Both the position numbers and the translations under genes were made by a program. Under the pieces are notes generated by a model. That model did not search any database and was not told the origin of the DNA. It saw only the letters and a list, made by a program, of their open reading frames with translations. A stretch of DNA of 62,924 bases, filler included, from Asterionella formosa (lineage: Eukaryota): NCBI GenBank assembly GCA_002256025.1. It is 16 parts of 16 records of this genome, joined end to end, with 100 filler letters (N's around TTAATTAATTAA, not from the genome) between each part and the next. Parts side by side here need not be neighbours in the genome. Positions count along the whole stretch, not along the records: positions 16,242 to 32,372 come from NKIB01005082.1; positions 32,473 to 33,474 come from NKIB01005083.1; 14 more parts are not named here. One strand, written 5' to 3'. This document shows positions 21,798 through 33,410 of this stretch, in pieces. Each line of letters begins with the position of its first letter. The stretch's first letter is position 1.

Positions 21798-23250
21798 ATG
21801 CGAACGATGAGAATCTCTACGCCAGCAGCAGTCACTTCCTGCTTGCTAGTAGTGACTGCCTATCTTGGGGCTTCAGTGTCGAGTTTGTCTTTATCATGTC
21901 ATGTTCGCGCTCGACCTGGGTCTGCTCGTTCAGCCACGCCTTACTTTGCAGATGAGCAAGTAAATGTACATACTGGGACTTCGACTGGCAAAACCTCGGA
22001 CAAGACTGTCATTGTAGCTGGAGCTACTGGGTATATTGGACGAGCCGTTGTGGAAGAGTCTGTCAAGCGAGGGTACAACACCGTCGCATTGGTACGATCC
22101 AAGGCTAAACTCGAAACAAAGGAAGGGATTGCCGGTTATAGCAAAGCCTTTTCTGGCGCCACTGTCGTGGAGTGCAATGTTGAGGACCCCAGCGAGTTAA
22201 AAATACTCATGGACACGATAGATATACCCGTTGATACAGTGATCAGTTGTTTAGCATCGCCGATTGGAACAAAAAAGGAAGCATATGCCATTGATTATCA
22301 AGCCTCACTCAATTGTTTGGAGGCTGGTCAAGCTGTCAATGCTAGACACTTTGTCTTACTGTCTGCCTTTTGTTGCCGTCGACCTCTGCTTCAACTACAG
22401 CAAGCCAAACTCAAACTTGAAGCGAAGATTCAGGAACAGTCTCAATTGACCTACAGTATTGTCCGACCCACTGCCTTCTTCAAATCTGTCTCTGGTCAAC
22501 TCGAAGCGATTCAAGGTGGTAATCCATATGTATTGTTTGGAGATGGGGCCGTCACGAGATGCAATCCCATTGCCGAATGCGAATTGGCGGAGTTTATGTT
22601 GGATAGCTTGACAAATCAGGACAAGCAGAATAAGATCTTAAATGTTGGAGGACCAGATCAACCGTTGACAAATAAAATGTTGGGAATGGTACGTTGGCAT
22701 GCGACTTTTCTGGGATTGCGTCTTAATCTTGGCGACTTGAGAATTTTTATCAATAGTACGTTCGCACTCACACAAGTGTATTATTTCTTGTCTGAAACAG
22801 ATGATGTTCAAGGCCATTGGAAACCCCGAACCCAGATTTGTATATGCCCCTACATGGATCTTTGACTATATTATTAACGCGCTTCAATTCCTTGCTACTT
22901 TGACCAAGAGCCAAGCCTTGGAGGATGCAGCAGAAACAGGCCGTATTGGTAAATATTACGCCGTCGAGGATATGCTCACCACAGATCCCGCTGAAAAATA
23001 TGGAAGAATTACTATGCAAGAGCATTACAATAGCATAGCCAAGCAGGGACAAGATCCCTTTACGCCAGTCCGAGCAACTGCAGTGATTGGACAAGCATTG
23101 GAATCGTTGCCTGCCTTGTTGTTGATAGTCCCGCTTGTATGGGCCATGATGCATCCAAGGGCAATGGAAGTTGGTTTAGGGCCGGCAGCTAATCAATTTG
23201 GGTTTTCTATGACCATGATATTAGCATCACTCACAGGGCATCATGTGTGA
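21798..23250 (+). CDS. DVR: Divinyl (proto)chlorophyllide 8-vinyl reductase, NADPH-dependent BciA/PCB2 type; exons 21798-22688 and 22801-23250
   Basis: GATGYIG Rossmann motif, [61 protein letters not shown]; 112-bp phase-0 intron GTACGT...AACAG; bipartite targeting peptide. Confidence 0.9.
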
Positions 23251-23529
23251 GGTGGAAGCAAGTTTACGTTTTTTAAACATCGTACAAAAGGCAACGAGTC
23301 AATGTTGACTCTAAGCAATTGAAACTCCTTAATCAAATTTAATGAGCAACAATATAATCAAATAGAAGAAGAATTGACACAAAATCAAATAGAGTATTGT
23401 GCAAGCTATTGAGAAAGCATATTCTCCTAGCATGCCTTTCGGCCTGGCAACAGGAACGATTACTCGACAAGGAATATGATATGTGAGCAGGTCAAGCAAT
23501 GTAGATTTCAAAATATGTAGTCCGAGGCA

Positions 23530-25197
23530 CTACAACAAGACATACTCATCGTCATCACTAATAAGGCCATCATCATCTGCCTCTTCTCCAGTCATGCTCA
23601 ACATCATTTCATGCATGGCTGACGACGCATTGGCCGAATAATCTGGGGTCGCATCCGCCATTGTAAATAATTCAGGTACCTTTGAATGCAGCTTGTTCCA
23701 CGCCACCAAGGATTGGCACAGGGCATCAAAGTCGCCTCGGTTCTTGCAATAGAATCCCAATGCCAAGCTAGGGTCTACTCGCTCCAAAGGCATGGCCTCG
23801 GTATTGGTTGTATGCACGCTGCGTAGGTAGTCGTCGGTTAAGGCTACAACCAGTTTCATCTTTCCAAGCGTGTTGGGGACATGACGTCGCTGTGGTGCCA
23901 TTTGAATGGTGTGTGGATCCAATCCATACAATTTACCGTCGGCTGAAGCTCCGTAGAACCAGCGGGCACCTCGTGGTCTGCCGCCGAGAACACCAACAGA
24001 TTGAGGCAAAGAGAATATGTTAGTTAAGCCTGTTGTGTATTCAGGATTAAATGTCTTAAGTCCAAGCCGGAGTGGGATCAAGAGCAAAAGGGCCGTGTCC
24101 CAGTGCAAGTCAGTTGTAGATTCCTGATTCTTCTCAGCCATATGTAGCGGATCGAGCGGATGAAGTGGTTCAGTCTTTCTTGTTGGAATAACTTGTTTGC
24201 GTCGTTCTTCTTGTGCATACTTGGTCATCAAGTCGTCCACGGCGTCCCGGTAAACAGTTCCTTGCGATGCGACGTGTACTCTAAAAATAGGTTCAGTACC
24301 GACGTGCTGGATCTGCTGATGTTCGTACAATTCCACCAAGTCTCTCATGACATATGCGGCTGTTCCAGGCCCGTACCATTCGCCAGGAAATACATCGTAT
24401 TTCGCTAATCCTGCTGCCACCATGTTGTGCAACGAAAAAACGCATTCTTGCCTTGAGGGATAATCTGCGAACCAGTTGAGAATTGACCCAACAAAGGGAT
24501 CAGTTCTTCTTTTCGCCAAAGCAGAAGGGGGCTGCCAAGACCGCCCCTTGAAATGCATTCTCAAAGCTTGCGCCAACATCATTTGTGCCGATCGCAACAT
24601 GCATCCCCAACCAGCGTCGGTAGAAATTCGGTAAGGCGATATTTCCGGGAAATCACATCTGTATGTGAACCAAAAAAGGTTCGATTCATCGCTCCGTCTA
24701 GCTTCGTAGTCGTGAATGCGATGGTATGACTTCCCCAAGATGTGAATTGGTGGATATTGTTGTTCTGGATCTGGTGAAAGTCCTCCCATGCTGGTGCAAA
24801 AAGTAGACATGTCGAGATCTAGGATATGAGTGTGATCGTCATATTCGTCTTGCGTGTATGCGTATTTGTATCCATGCTCCCTCGGCGAGTCTCCACCTGA
24901 TTCTCGCGAGGACGCCAAAGGGCTCTGCTGCTGCTGTGTGCCCTCCTGTAATTCCACGGCGTCGTCGTCACCAATATCCTCCTCCTGCACTGAAACAAAA
25001 CGCATGGCCGCTTGGTCGACTCGTCGAATGCACTTTGACTGAGCAGGCGACAGTTCGACGCTCTCACAAGTTGCTGATGCGACCTGAATGGTCCCATCAG
25101 ATTCTTCCCGTAGGCAATGAGGCCCGGTCACCACGACGACCTCGTCCGCCGGAAATGACTGCATCTGTGGATTGCTGATTGACGCAAACGCCTCCAT
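23530..25197 (-). CDS. ATG4: Autophagy cysteine protease ATG4 (peptidase C54)
   Basis: FWFTYR, TDAGWGCMLRSAQMMLAQAL (catalytic Cys), GEWYGP, LLLIPLRLG, GVLGGRP, GLDPH (Asp/His), DPSLALGFYC, acidic C-terminal LIR-like DDDEYVLL. Confidence 0.95.
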   Translation of the reverse strand: MEAFASISNPQMQSFPADEVVVVTGPHCLREESDGTIQVASATCESVELSPAQSKCIRRVDQAAMRFVSVQEEDIGDDDAVELQEGTQQQQSPLASSRESGGDSPREHGYKYAYTQDEYDDHTHILDLDMSTFCTSMGGLSPDPEQQYPPIHILGKSYHRIHDYEARRSDESNLFWFTYRCDFPEISPYRISTDAGWGCMLRSAQMMLAQALRMHFKGRSWQPPSALAKRRTDPFVGSILNWFADYPSRQECVFSLHNMVAAGLAKYDVFPGEWYGPGTAAYVMRDLVELYEHQQIQHVGTEPIFRVHVASQGTVYRDAVDDLMTKYAQEERRKQVIPTRKTEPLHPLDPLHMAEKNQESTTDLHWDTALLLLIPLRLGLKTFNPEYTTGLTNIFSLPQSVGVLGGRPRGARWFYGASADGKLYGLDPHTIQMAPQRRHVPNTLGKMKLVVALTDDYLRSVHTTNTEAMPLERVDPSLALGFYCKNRGDFDALCQSLVAWNKLHSKVPELFTMADATPDYSANASSAMHEMMLSMTGEEADDDGLISDDDEYVLL

Positions 25198-25927
25198 TTC
25201 CTGAGAGTATTTTCTACCGGCAGTTTTGCTATTATGCGGAGTACCAGGTAATGGTCCAAGTGAAGGCTACGATACGGTTTGATTTGAGCGCACGTAGACT
25301 TGTGAATCCAACAGAGAGGTGAGTTGACTACCGGTATGTATGTTGCCGATTAGTAGATTGAGTTATGCAACCATTCAAGAGCTCGCAGAAGACTTGCTTG
25401 TGCTCACTTTTACTATTCTTTGTCGTGTTTCGTAACGTCGGGGATCGATGAATAGCATACCCGGTAGTTCTACCGGTATTATTAGAATTGGTCATTCTTT
25501 TTTCCTCGTGGAGCGATTCTTCGTGCCATGCTTCTTGCTGGTGGCGCGGTCTCATTTCAGATCACCTCTGCCTGATGCCTGTGGTCGTGACCAACCTCGT
25601 TGCTTTTCTACTGGTGTGTTCGTTTAATTGTATGCTGTACTTTTACGTGCAATCCTAGAGAAATGTGTTCTAGAATGATACCCGTTATTTACCTGTCATA
25701 TGTATCAACTGACGAGGGGGAAAACTCACAAATAGGCACGGTATGCTCCTTCATAACTAACCTAAGGATCACTCTGTTCCGACGAAGTATACCGGCAACA
25801 TAAATGTTGTCCTTCTCGGACTTGGGTGCAAGAAATCTAGCAAAAGTACAAAATAAACATGCACCTATTCGCTTACCGTTTCCCTAGAATCAATGGTCTC
25901 GAAATCCAGGTTCGATGACGGGCACAT

Positions 25928-26755
25928 TTAGTGTTTCAGAGCGGCTGCAGCTAGGTGTTGAATGGTCTTATTCAAATCACTCAAATCATTCTCGGAAGCT
26001 CCTTCAGCTATTTCCTCGGTCCTTATTGTCTTGGCAAACTCCATTGGGGTCGCATTCAGGCACTTAACAGAGCGTCGTGATTGTGTATACAATCGAAAGC
26101 GACCACTACATGGAATATTTTGGTCAGCCCCCTTGCTTAATAAATATTTGACTACCGTTGACATGCCCCTCGCTGCTGCGACACACAGTGCTGTAATATG
26201 AGCAGGCTCATTGGTAACCAGATTGACATTCATATTTCGTCGTTCCAACAATTCCTCCGCGCATTTGAGAATGATCGCTTCCTTGACATGACGGGCACGG
26301 CAGACTTCCACCAAAAAGCTGCCACCACTACTCACCAAGTGATTCAATCGCAAGTGGGGGCCATATTCATCAATCAAGGATGACAACCTGGCCTTACTCA
26401 AGCATGCCTTCTTACTTGACGCTATGCACATTTCGGATAAATAAAAGTAGGCTATTTCAGTATTGTCTTTGATCATGAGGTGTGCATCGCGGACACGCTG
26501 CAAATGAGACTGTTTCAGTCTCTGGGAAATGCGCTTCCTCTTTCTCGAGTGACTAACATCCGCGACACCATAGTCACTATTCAGAATGGCATCCCAAATG
26601 GCGTTGGTCTCCGAGAGGGTGGACCGCGCACTTTTGCACAGTGCTGTCAACTGGTGGCAGACAACGTGGGCGCGATGCGTTGGGCCCGCTGAAAAGCTAA
26701 TGATTTGGTACACTAAAACTTCGGGGAGATCCCAGAAGGCGATGGTGGTGCACAT
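25928..26755 (-). CDS. F-box-like / ankyrin-repeat protein
   Basis: ATG 26755; N-terminal FWDLPEVLVYQIISF..LTALCK resembles an F-box; ankyrin repeat TALCVAAARGMSTVVKYLLSKGAD. Confidence 0.7.
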   Translation of the reverse strand: MCTTIAFWDLPEVLVYQIISFSAGPTHRAHVVCHQLTALCKSARSTLSETNAIWDAILNSDYGVADVSHSRKRKRISQRLKQSHLQRVRDAHLMIKDNTEIAYFYLSEMCIASSKKACLSKARLSSLIDEYGPHLRLNHLVSSGGSFLVEVCRARHVKEAIILKCAEELLERRNMNVNLVTNEPAHITALCVAAARGMSTVVKYLLSKGADQNIPCSGRFRLYTQSRRSVKCLNATPMEFAKTIRTEEIAEGASENDLSDLNKTIQHLAAAALKH

Positions 26756-27054
26756 TGAGGACAAGATGGCATAAGAGGCCAAGAGATAGAGCAATAGGAA
26801 AGGGCGCAAGAAATGGCTGTCTCAGTCATGTTCTGTCACAGAATTGATGTTCAGAATTGTTTTCCTGTTGCTGTTGGTGTTGACACTCACTTTGCAATAT
26901 TCTATGTATTGATGTATATATTTCCTATTCTTTTTAGTCTGTACATACAGCATTGAATGTTCCTGGATATACATAGTAAATTCGTTATATCTACCGGAAT
27001 ACAATAGACTGCCAGTAGTAACTCCTACATAGCTTGCGACAATCACGTGGAAGG

Positions 27055-27137
27055 AGTTGCGGTAATTTTGCTGAAACTAAATATTTAGCTTTTTTTATTC
27101 CATATTAAATTGTTTATTTAAGCAAATGGTCGCAACT
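27055..27137. repeat. ~84-bp inverted-repeat (MITE-like) element, second copy at 62131-62214
   Basis: AGTTGCG(G/A)TAATTTTGCT ... AGCAAA(A)TG(G/A)TCGCAACT with similar AT-rich cores on two unlinked contigs. Confidence 0.75.
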
Positions 27138-27611
27138 TGCTGGTGCATTTTAGTTATACCGGTAGTCAGCGTGTCAGCGCCAGTGGTATCTGGTAGTACC
27201 AAGTACTGGTGTACATACGTTGGAGTACCAGGTCCCTGGTCCCTGGTACCTGGTACTGCGTACGGAGTGCGGTTTTGCAGGTATCTTATGCACACATGAA
27301 TTCATGTTTTTGCCTGCCGGAGGGGAATACCGGTACCGTACATACGTACAAACAATTTCGTCGGGATTTGCTTGGAGAGAGTGCTTCCTTCTGTACGTTT
27401 ACACATCATGGCCACCGATTTATTCTACAACAGATCATTTCCTTTTACCTTTTCTCCTTTCTTATCACCTGTCTTTACATCATGGCCATCGCTCCGCCGA
27501 AATTGTTTACATAACAACACAGTGAGGGAGAGCGAGTGAAGCCTTGTCTCTTGTCTATCACCCCATCCACCATATTATCAACCAATCACCTATACTGAAC
27601 TACCTTTCAAC

Positions 27612-29486
27612 ATGGAGTCGGTACCTATCTCTCATGGCACCATGGTCAAAGTGCTTTGCTGCATGTGCGGTACTCCAGTCGATCCGAACCCTAGCAACAT
27701 GTGCGCCTCCTGCCTAGCGGCGCAATCTGACGTTTCGAAAGGCATTTCTACCGAAGGCACCCTTCATCAATGTCGAGGTTGTCAACGATGGCACAAGGAT
27801 GCAAACAAATGGATTGCTTGTGAATTGGAGAGTCGAGAACTCATGGCCCTGTGTTTGTCCAACGTGGCTGGTCTAAAGGCCAAGGGACAACAAGTGAGAC
27901 TAGTGGATGCTGGCTGGATTTGGACAGAACCACATTCCATGAGATTGAAAGTTAGATTGACTGTGCAAAAGGAAGTACAAACGGGAACTATCTTGCAGCA
28001 GAGTTTTACTGTTGTCTTTGTAGTGCGAAATCAGCAGTGCTTGGAGTGTCAAGCAGAGTTTCGTCAAGGATCTTGGAAAGCCGTGGTCCAAGTAAGGCAG
28101 AGAGTTGGTCACAAGCGAACCTTTTTGTATCTCGAACAGCTTATTCTCAAGCATGGGGCTCACCGTGGATGTTTGTCGATTGAAACTTTTCGTGATGGTA
28201 TGGATTTTTACTTTCCTGATCGAGGGAAGGCCAACAGGTTCATTTCGTTTCTGGAAAGTGTGGTTCCCATCAAGGTAAGTGATTTTGGGGAAATAACAGG
28301 GCCGAAATTCCTAGACGCATTTCGAATCTTACATTTCATTGATGAATCATAATTTCTAAAGGTGAAACATTCAAAAAAACTTATTGGAACAGATGACAAA
28401 TCCAATATTTCCAACTACAAGTACACCTACTTGGTCGAGATGTGCACCCTTTGTAAAGACGATCTTGTTTACCTTCCTGCCAAGCTCGCACGTACTCTAG
28501 GAAATATTTCTCGAACGGTTCTTGTCAAAAACGTTTCGAATCTTATTCATTTGATCGACCCTCTCACAGCTCAGACAGCATCCATGTCTGGGGACCAATT
28601 TTGGCGATATCCCATTCGACCCGTCATTACCGCTGCCCGAGCACGAATGACGAGATACATTGTCTTGGGTAAGGAAGCTGTAGTGACGGACTTTAATGGA
28701 TCTAAAAAGAGTGCGACTCGTAAGAACAAGAATCGTTTAGCTACTGTCACACTTGCCAAGGAAGACGACTTGGGAAAAAATGATCGACAGTACACTGAGC
28801 GATCACATTTGGGTTATTTGTCGAAGGCCGGTGACATTTGCTTGGCCTATGATTTGAGTGAAACACAATTTGTTGAAGATGATGCAGAAGAAGCGAGAAC
28901 AGCAGGAAAATTACCGGACGTGATTGTCGTTCGAAAGCTCTATGGCGGAGCGGCAACAGGTGAAGTAAATGCATCTAAAATGAGAATATGGCAGTTGCAG
29001 CGATTGGATGTGGAAGTAGCCGAAGACCTGAAAGCATCAAAGGCCAAGAAGAATGCCGAGCTGGATGATATGGACGAGGAGGATTTTTATCGGGAAGTTG
29101 AAGCAGATGCTGAAATGAGACGAAACATGAATTTATACAAGAGTGAAATTGGCAAGAAGAAGGCAGAGGGAGACTTGAGTGGTGTCCATATTGACGATGA
29201 CGACGAAGATGACGAAGACGATCAGAAAGTCAAGCTTGACGAGTTATTAGACGGCCTCGTTCTCGATGATGGACCTGATAATGAAGACTTCGCCGCAGAT
29301 GCAACCGAGGAGGCGGAAGATGACAGCGCCGACTACATGGGGGCATTCACTGAAGGAGAGAGGGCCGCCAAGGATGGCATCACGTACGTAGGCCGCGACC
29401 GGTATTTGGACATTCGCGACAAAGAAACGGCTGTTCCTGTTGCTAGCAATACTTTCGGAACAGATTACTTGAAAGACAAGACATAG
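27612..29486 (+). CDS. NMD3: 60S ribosomal export adaptor NMD3; exons 27612-28274 and 28362-29486
   Basis: CCMCG..PNPSNMCASC zinc motif, ESRELMALCL, WTEPHSMRLKV, WKAVVQVRQRVGHKRTFLYLEQLILKH, acidic C-terminus with NES-like LDELLDGLVL; 87-bp intron GTAAGT...AAAG. Confidence 0.96.
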
Positions 29487-29496
29487 GTTAAACTTA

Positions 29497-30855
29497 CTAA
29501 AGAGAATCGTAAATCAAGTTCCTGAGACTCAGATATGTTCCTACTAGCCCAACCATGCCGCCAACTAATAGAATGAGAACTGCAAGGTGAGAGTAACCTC
29601 TGAGCTTGAAAGAAAAAAGGGCAGGCAAGATAAATGCAATCACTGTGCCTGTTGCGCAACCAGCAAGGTCAAGGATATCAGAAAGGGATGGGGCGACGAC
29701 GCCCAGTAACGTCGTAACGCCCCAAATCACAACCGTCACAAGAACGTGTAGTGATGGGACCAACTGCTTGTCTTGCCCTCCCAGAAACCACCGTCGTTTC
29801 GAATGGTAATGATTTGTTTGTAGCGTATCTTCATTCCATCCTGGTATTTGCATGATGAAAATTTCGCGGCTACTAAAGAAAGGAAGTGGATATGTAAACA
29901 TCAACATGAAACACAGTAATAATTTGGCGAACGCAACGGCATTGACCGCTGGGTACAATTCAAAGATTGCACTCGATGTATCTTCCCAAAAGGTAATATA
30001 AACCATGATTCCAACTCCCAAAGACAAAGCGGCCGATAGAATCACTGAAATGGTCGACACCATCTTCCAGTTCTTCACCGTCCTTATCTCAGGCCTAAGG
30101 GATTCGAAGGCAAGATTGACTGTATGCTGAGCGACAAATGTAAAAACAAAGGTTCCAAGGCTTTCAATGTACCCAATCCTTAGTTCAAACCACTTTGTGC
30201 TCATGGATCCACCGGCTTTTCGAACGGTGCCACCAGGGTTTCTAAAGTAAAGATAAATTAATGTCGAGAGAATAGATGCAACCACAATGATCTTGATCAC
30301 CGAGACACGCTCCAAAAGTGTCATTTCTCGGAGAAGACATAGTGGTAGCACGACGGACGCACTGAGGATCGTTGTGACGAGATCTGGATTCCATTCCAGT
30401 GCCGTGAGATCACAAACTGCTGATGCAAAATTGTCCTTGACAATTTTAATGTAGGCAACGAGACATCCGAACGAGTACAGGAACTTCGACAACATCACAG
30501 CAAACCGACCTGGGCTGCCATAGGTGATGTGCCCCAATTGCTCGTATGATCCTCTGGCACCCTCGGTTTCTACTGATAAAATAATGACCAAATCAAAGGA
30601 GAGTTTCGTCAAAATGGCGAAGAACAAAATGGTGACAATGGATATCAGCCCCCCAGAGCGGGCCATGGCACTTCCCAAGCCTATGCATCCGGCACCTACG
30701 ATGCTGTTGGTAAAGTTCAACGCAGCTCCTTGCACAGAGGATCCGCGAGGTGTCGTCTCGTCTTGTGTGTCGCTGCTGCCTACAGGAAGCAAAGCGTTCT
30801 CTTCTGACGGCTGCTGAGTTTTGCTGTCGACCTGTCTCATTTTTTGCCACAGCAT
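29497..30855 (-). CDS. Amino acid transporter, AAAP/SLC38 family
   Basis: NFTNSIVGAGCIGL, SYEQLG, FGCLVAY, VLPLCLLR, FTFVAQH, FTYPL, FILPA; about 11 TMs. Confidence 0.92.
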   Translation of the reverse strand: MLWQKMRQVDSKTQQPSEENALLPVGSSDTQDETTPRGSSVQGAALNFTNSIVGAGCIGLGSAMARSGGLISIVTILFFAILTKLSFDLVIILSVETEGARGSYEQLGHITYGSPGRFAVMLSKFLYSFGCLVAYIKIVKDNFASAVCDLTALEWNPDLVTTILSASVVLPLCLLREMTLLERVSVIKIIVVASILSTLIYLYFRNPGGTVRKAGGSMSTKWFELRIGYIESLGTFVFTFVAQHTVNLAFESLRPEIRTVKNWKMVSTISVILSAALSLGVGIMVYITFWEDTSSAIFELYPAVNAVAFAKLLLCFMLMFTYPLPFFSSREIFIMQIPGWNEDTLQTNHYHSKRRWFLGGQDKQLVPSLHVLVTVVIWGVTTLLGVVAPSLSDILDLAGCATGTVIAFILPALFSFKLRGYSHLAVLILLVGGMVGLVGTYLSLRNLIYDSL

Positions 30856-31750
30856 TTGTTCTTGAGAGTGAGCTGTGTATAGTTATGTGGAGCCAGAAGT
30901 GACGCATCCATTCTTTTCTTACATAAGGTCTTTTTTGTTGTGGTAGAATGGTACAGAACGAACGACCGGCTGATAAAGAATGAAGAAGCACCAACGTTAC
31001 TCAATGGGGACAATATTTCACAGGTTCATTTCGACAAGAGCAGAAGTGCCATGGATGCACATCATCCTGTATTTCCGAGCTCGAGATAATTGAATGTGGT
31101 AACTACCGGTACTGTACATGATGTTGTACAGTTACTCGAGAATTCTGTAGTCCCCACCTACCCATCGATACCGGTAGTCAGTCAACTCTGAAACGAGTAC
31201 ATACGGTACCATGTAAACATATTAAATGTGACGGCAGGTGACGGTTTGTCAAGATTTAGTACTGCGTGCATATTAGTACAGTCGAACTAATCTATCTTGA
31301 ATTTTATTCCAGCCAAAATCCCGTATTGAAATGCTGTGAGAATTTGAGCAGCATTGATTGCCAAGAACTATATCAGCAAACCAAGGTAAATATTTGAATG
31401 GAGAATGTTCTAAGTAATCAATATTTCAATGAAGGAAAGGTATATATGCAATGCAGATAGCATTGAATATTCACGATTGTTCTACTAGTAAGTGAGTGGA
31501 GTTGAGTTGTCAGTTGAGAATTGAATGCTGTCTAACAACACAATGAATATCAATATACAAATTTGGGAAGAGAACCTTAATAATTGGTCATGTGAACGAT
31601 TACAAGATAGATCAAATAAGCTCACAATAAGGTGGGATTAGAACAGAAGAAGGTTTTAATACACTGAGCTTGTCTAGAAAGAGCTAGCATTGCAGTCAGA
31701 CTGCAGAAGAATTTAACACGCTTGCAAGCGGATCAACTTCGTTTTGCAAC

Positions 31751-32372
31751 ATGACTGAAGACAAAGGTGAGACCATTCGCCTTGTGAAGTTTGATGGCGA
31801 GGACTCCAATTGGCATGAGTGGAGTGTGAAGACACTTGCACTAGCCAAGACAAGAGGATTCAAGAATGCCTACATGAAGGATACCAATCCATGCAGCGAT
31901 GCTGTCTACGAGCCTACAGACAAAGACGATGTCAAGAAGATCTACGAGATGAACGATCGCGCATACCGGCTCCTGATTATGAGTTGCACTGGGATTGCGT
32001 TTGGTTTGGTTAACCAAGCCAAGACAAAGAATCATCAAGACGGCGATGCATTCCTTGCTTGGACCTACCTCAAGGCTCGCTATGTTCCTAATGCTACTAC
32101 AAGTGACTTAATCCAACTGTCAGGACAGTTCAACAAGTGCATCTGTGAGGGGAAGACGCAAGACCCAGAGGAGTGGTTCATCCAACTCGAGTTGTTGAGG
32201 AATCGAATGGCGACGATTGATTCCGCTTACGAAAAGAAGGATCTCGAGATGATTGCCCACATACTTGACAAACTACCTAAGGAGTACTCAGAAGTGGTAA
32301 CAATGGTTGAGGCTATGCCCTCCCTAACACTAGAAGACCTTAAGGCCAAGATACGCGCGTTCTTCAAACGCA
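31751..32372 (+). mobile_element. Ty1/Copia gag ORF (intact to the scaffold end); LTR/leader probably ~31320-31750
   Basis: KFDGEDSNWHEWSVK, AFLAWTYLKARY, DPEEWF..LE, HILDKLPKEYSEVV are typical of Copia gag; LTR boundaries not resolved. Confidence 0.85.
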
Positions 32373-33127
32373 NNNNNNNNNNNNNNNNNNNNNNNNNNNN
32401 NNNNNNNNNNNNNNNNTTAATTAATTAANNNNNNNNNNNNNNNNNNNNNNNNNNNNNNNNNNNNNNNNNNNNATATTCATTTATGACTAGTGGTAGTCTA
32501 CCCGTATATATACCAGTTCATTTGCAGGAAGCAATCATACACCATCTGGCTCAGTCTGTCAACAGTCACCGTCCTTTAACCAATACCGCGTCCGATGGGA
32601 ACTGTGTCGTGATCATTTAATGTGACTTTACCAGGGGATAAAATTCATCATTAATGATGCAACGGAAAAGCCCTGCTGGGGATGAATGACGAACCTGCAG
32701 ACTGCCTGGTGATTGGGGCGCGGAGCAAATATTGGGATACAAAACAGAAATTGGCTTGCTGCTAAATGAAAGACAAAAGTTTCGAAAGAACGATTATACC
32801 ATTCCAGGTCAGATATTATCATTGCAACATAGATAAGGTATGACATCATGGGTCCTGGTGGATTAGACTACTAACGTAAAGCGATTACACGTTAGTGACG
32901 AAGTATCATATCAATTGGTAAATCCAAAATTTTCTATTATTCTTCCATTGTACAGAAGGACCCTGGTGGATGCCGATGCACGGATCCTGATTTCGTTTTT
33001 TTGTTTGTGCAATGTATTGATATGGAGGCTAGTTTCTTGGAAATGCACCACGCTTGACAGGAAGAAGGAAACAACTGCAATGAATACCATTACGCTTGAG
33101 AAGAAAAGGCAAGAACCGAACTGAAAA

Positions 33128-33410
33128 ATTATTCCAAAAATTATGCGTCATACTTATGTCGAGGAGCTTTCTTACGAGCATTACTTGCAACTTGTACAGT
33201 TCCAGAATTACTGGAAATGTTCTGGGTAGAAATATCATTCTTACGATGACAATGACATTCGTAACTACTTCATTAAGCACTTCCCAGCAAAAGTGATGGA
33301 TGCCTTTGATTCCGTGAAACACATTTAAGGCAGATCTGTTTCAGTATCTTGTGTTGACAAGGGAAGGATGCAACTACGTGGACATTGATGTCGTCCTTGA
33401 CACCATCCAA
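33128..33410 (+). pseudogene. GT32 (OCH1/SUR1-like, DXD sugar-binding) glycosyltransferase pseudogene fragment
   Basis: Across a stop and frameshifts: IIPKIMRHTY ... WKCSG*KYHSYDDNDIRNYF ... KADLFQYLVLTREGCNYVDIDV (DXD at 33381-33389). Confidence 0.75.

Noticed and set aside
23533..23556. ATG4 C-terminal acidic YVLL motif as a novelty
   Set aside because: A C-terminal LIR/AIM is an established feature of ATG4 proteins
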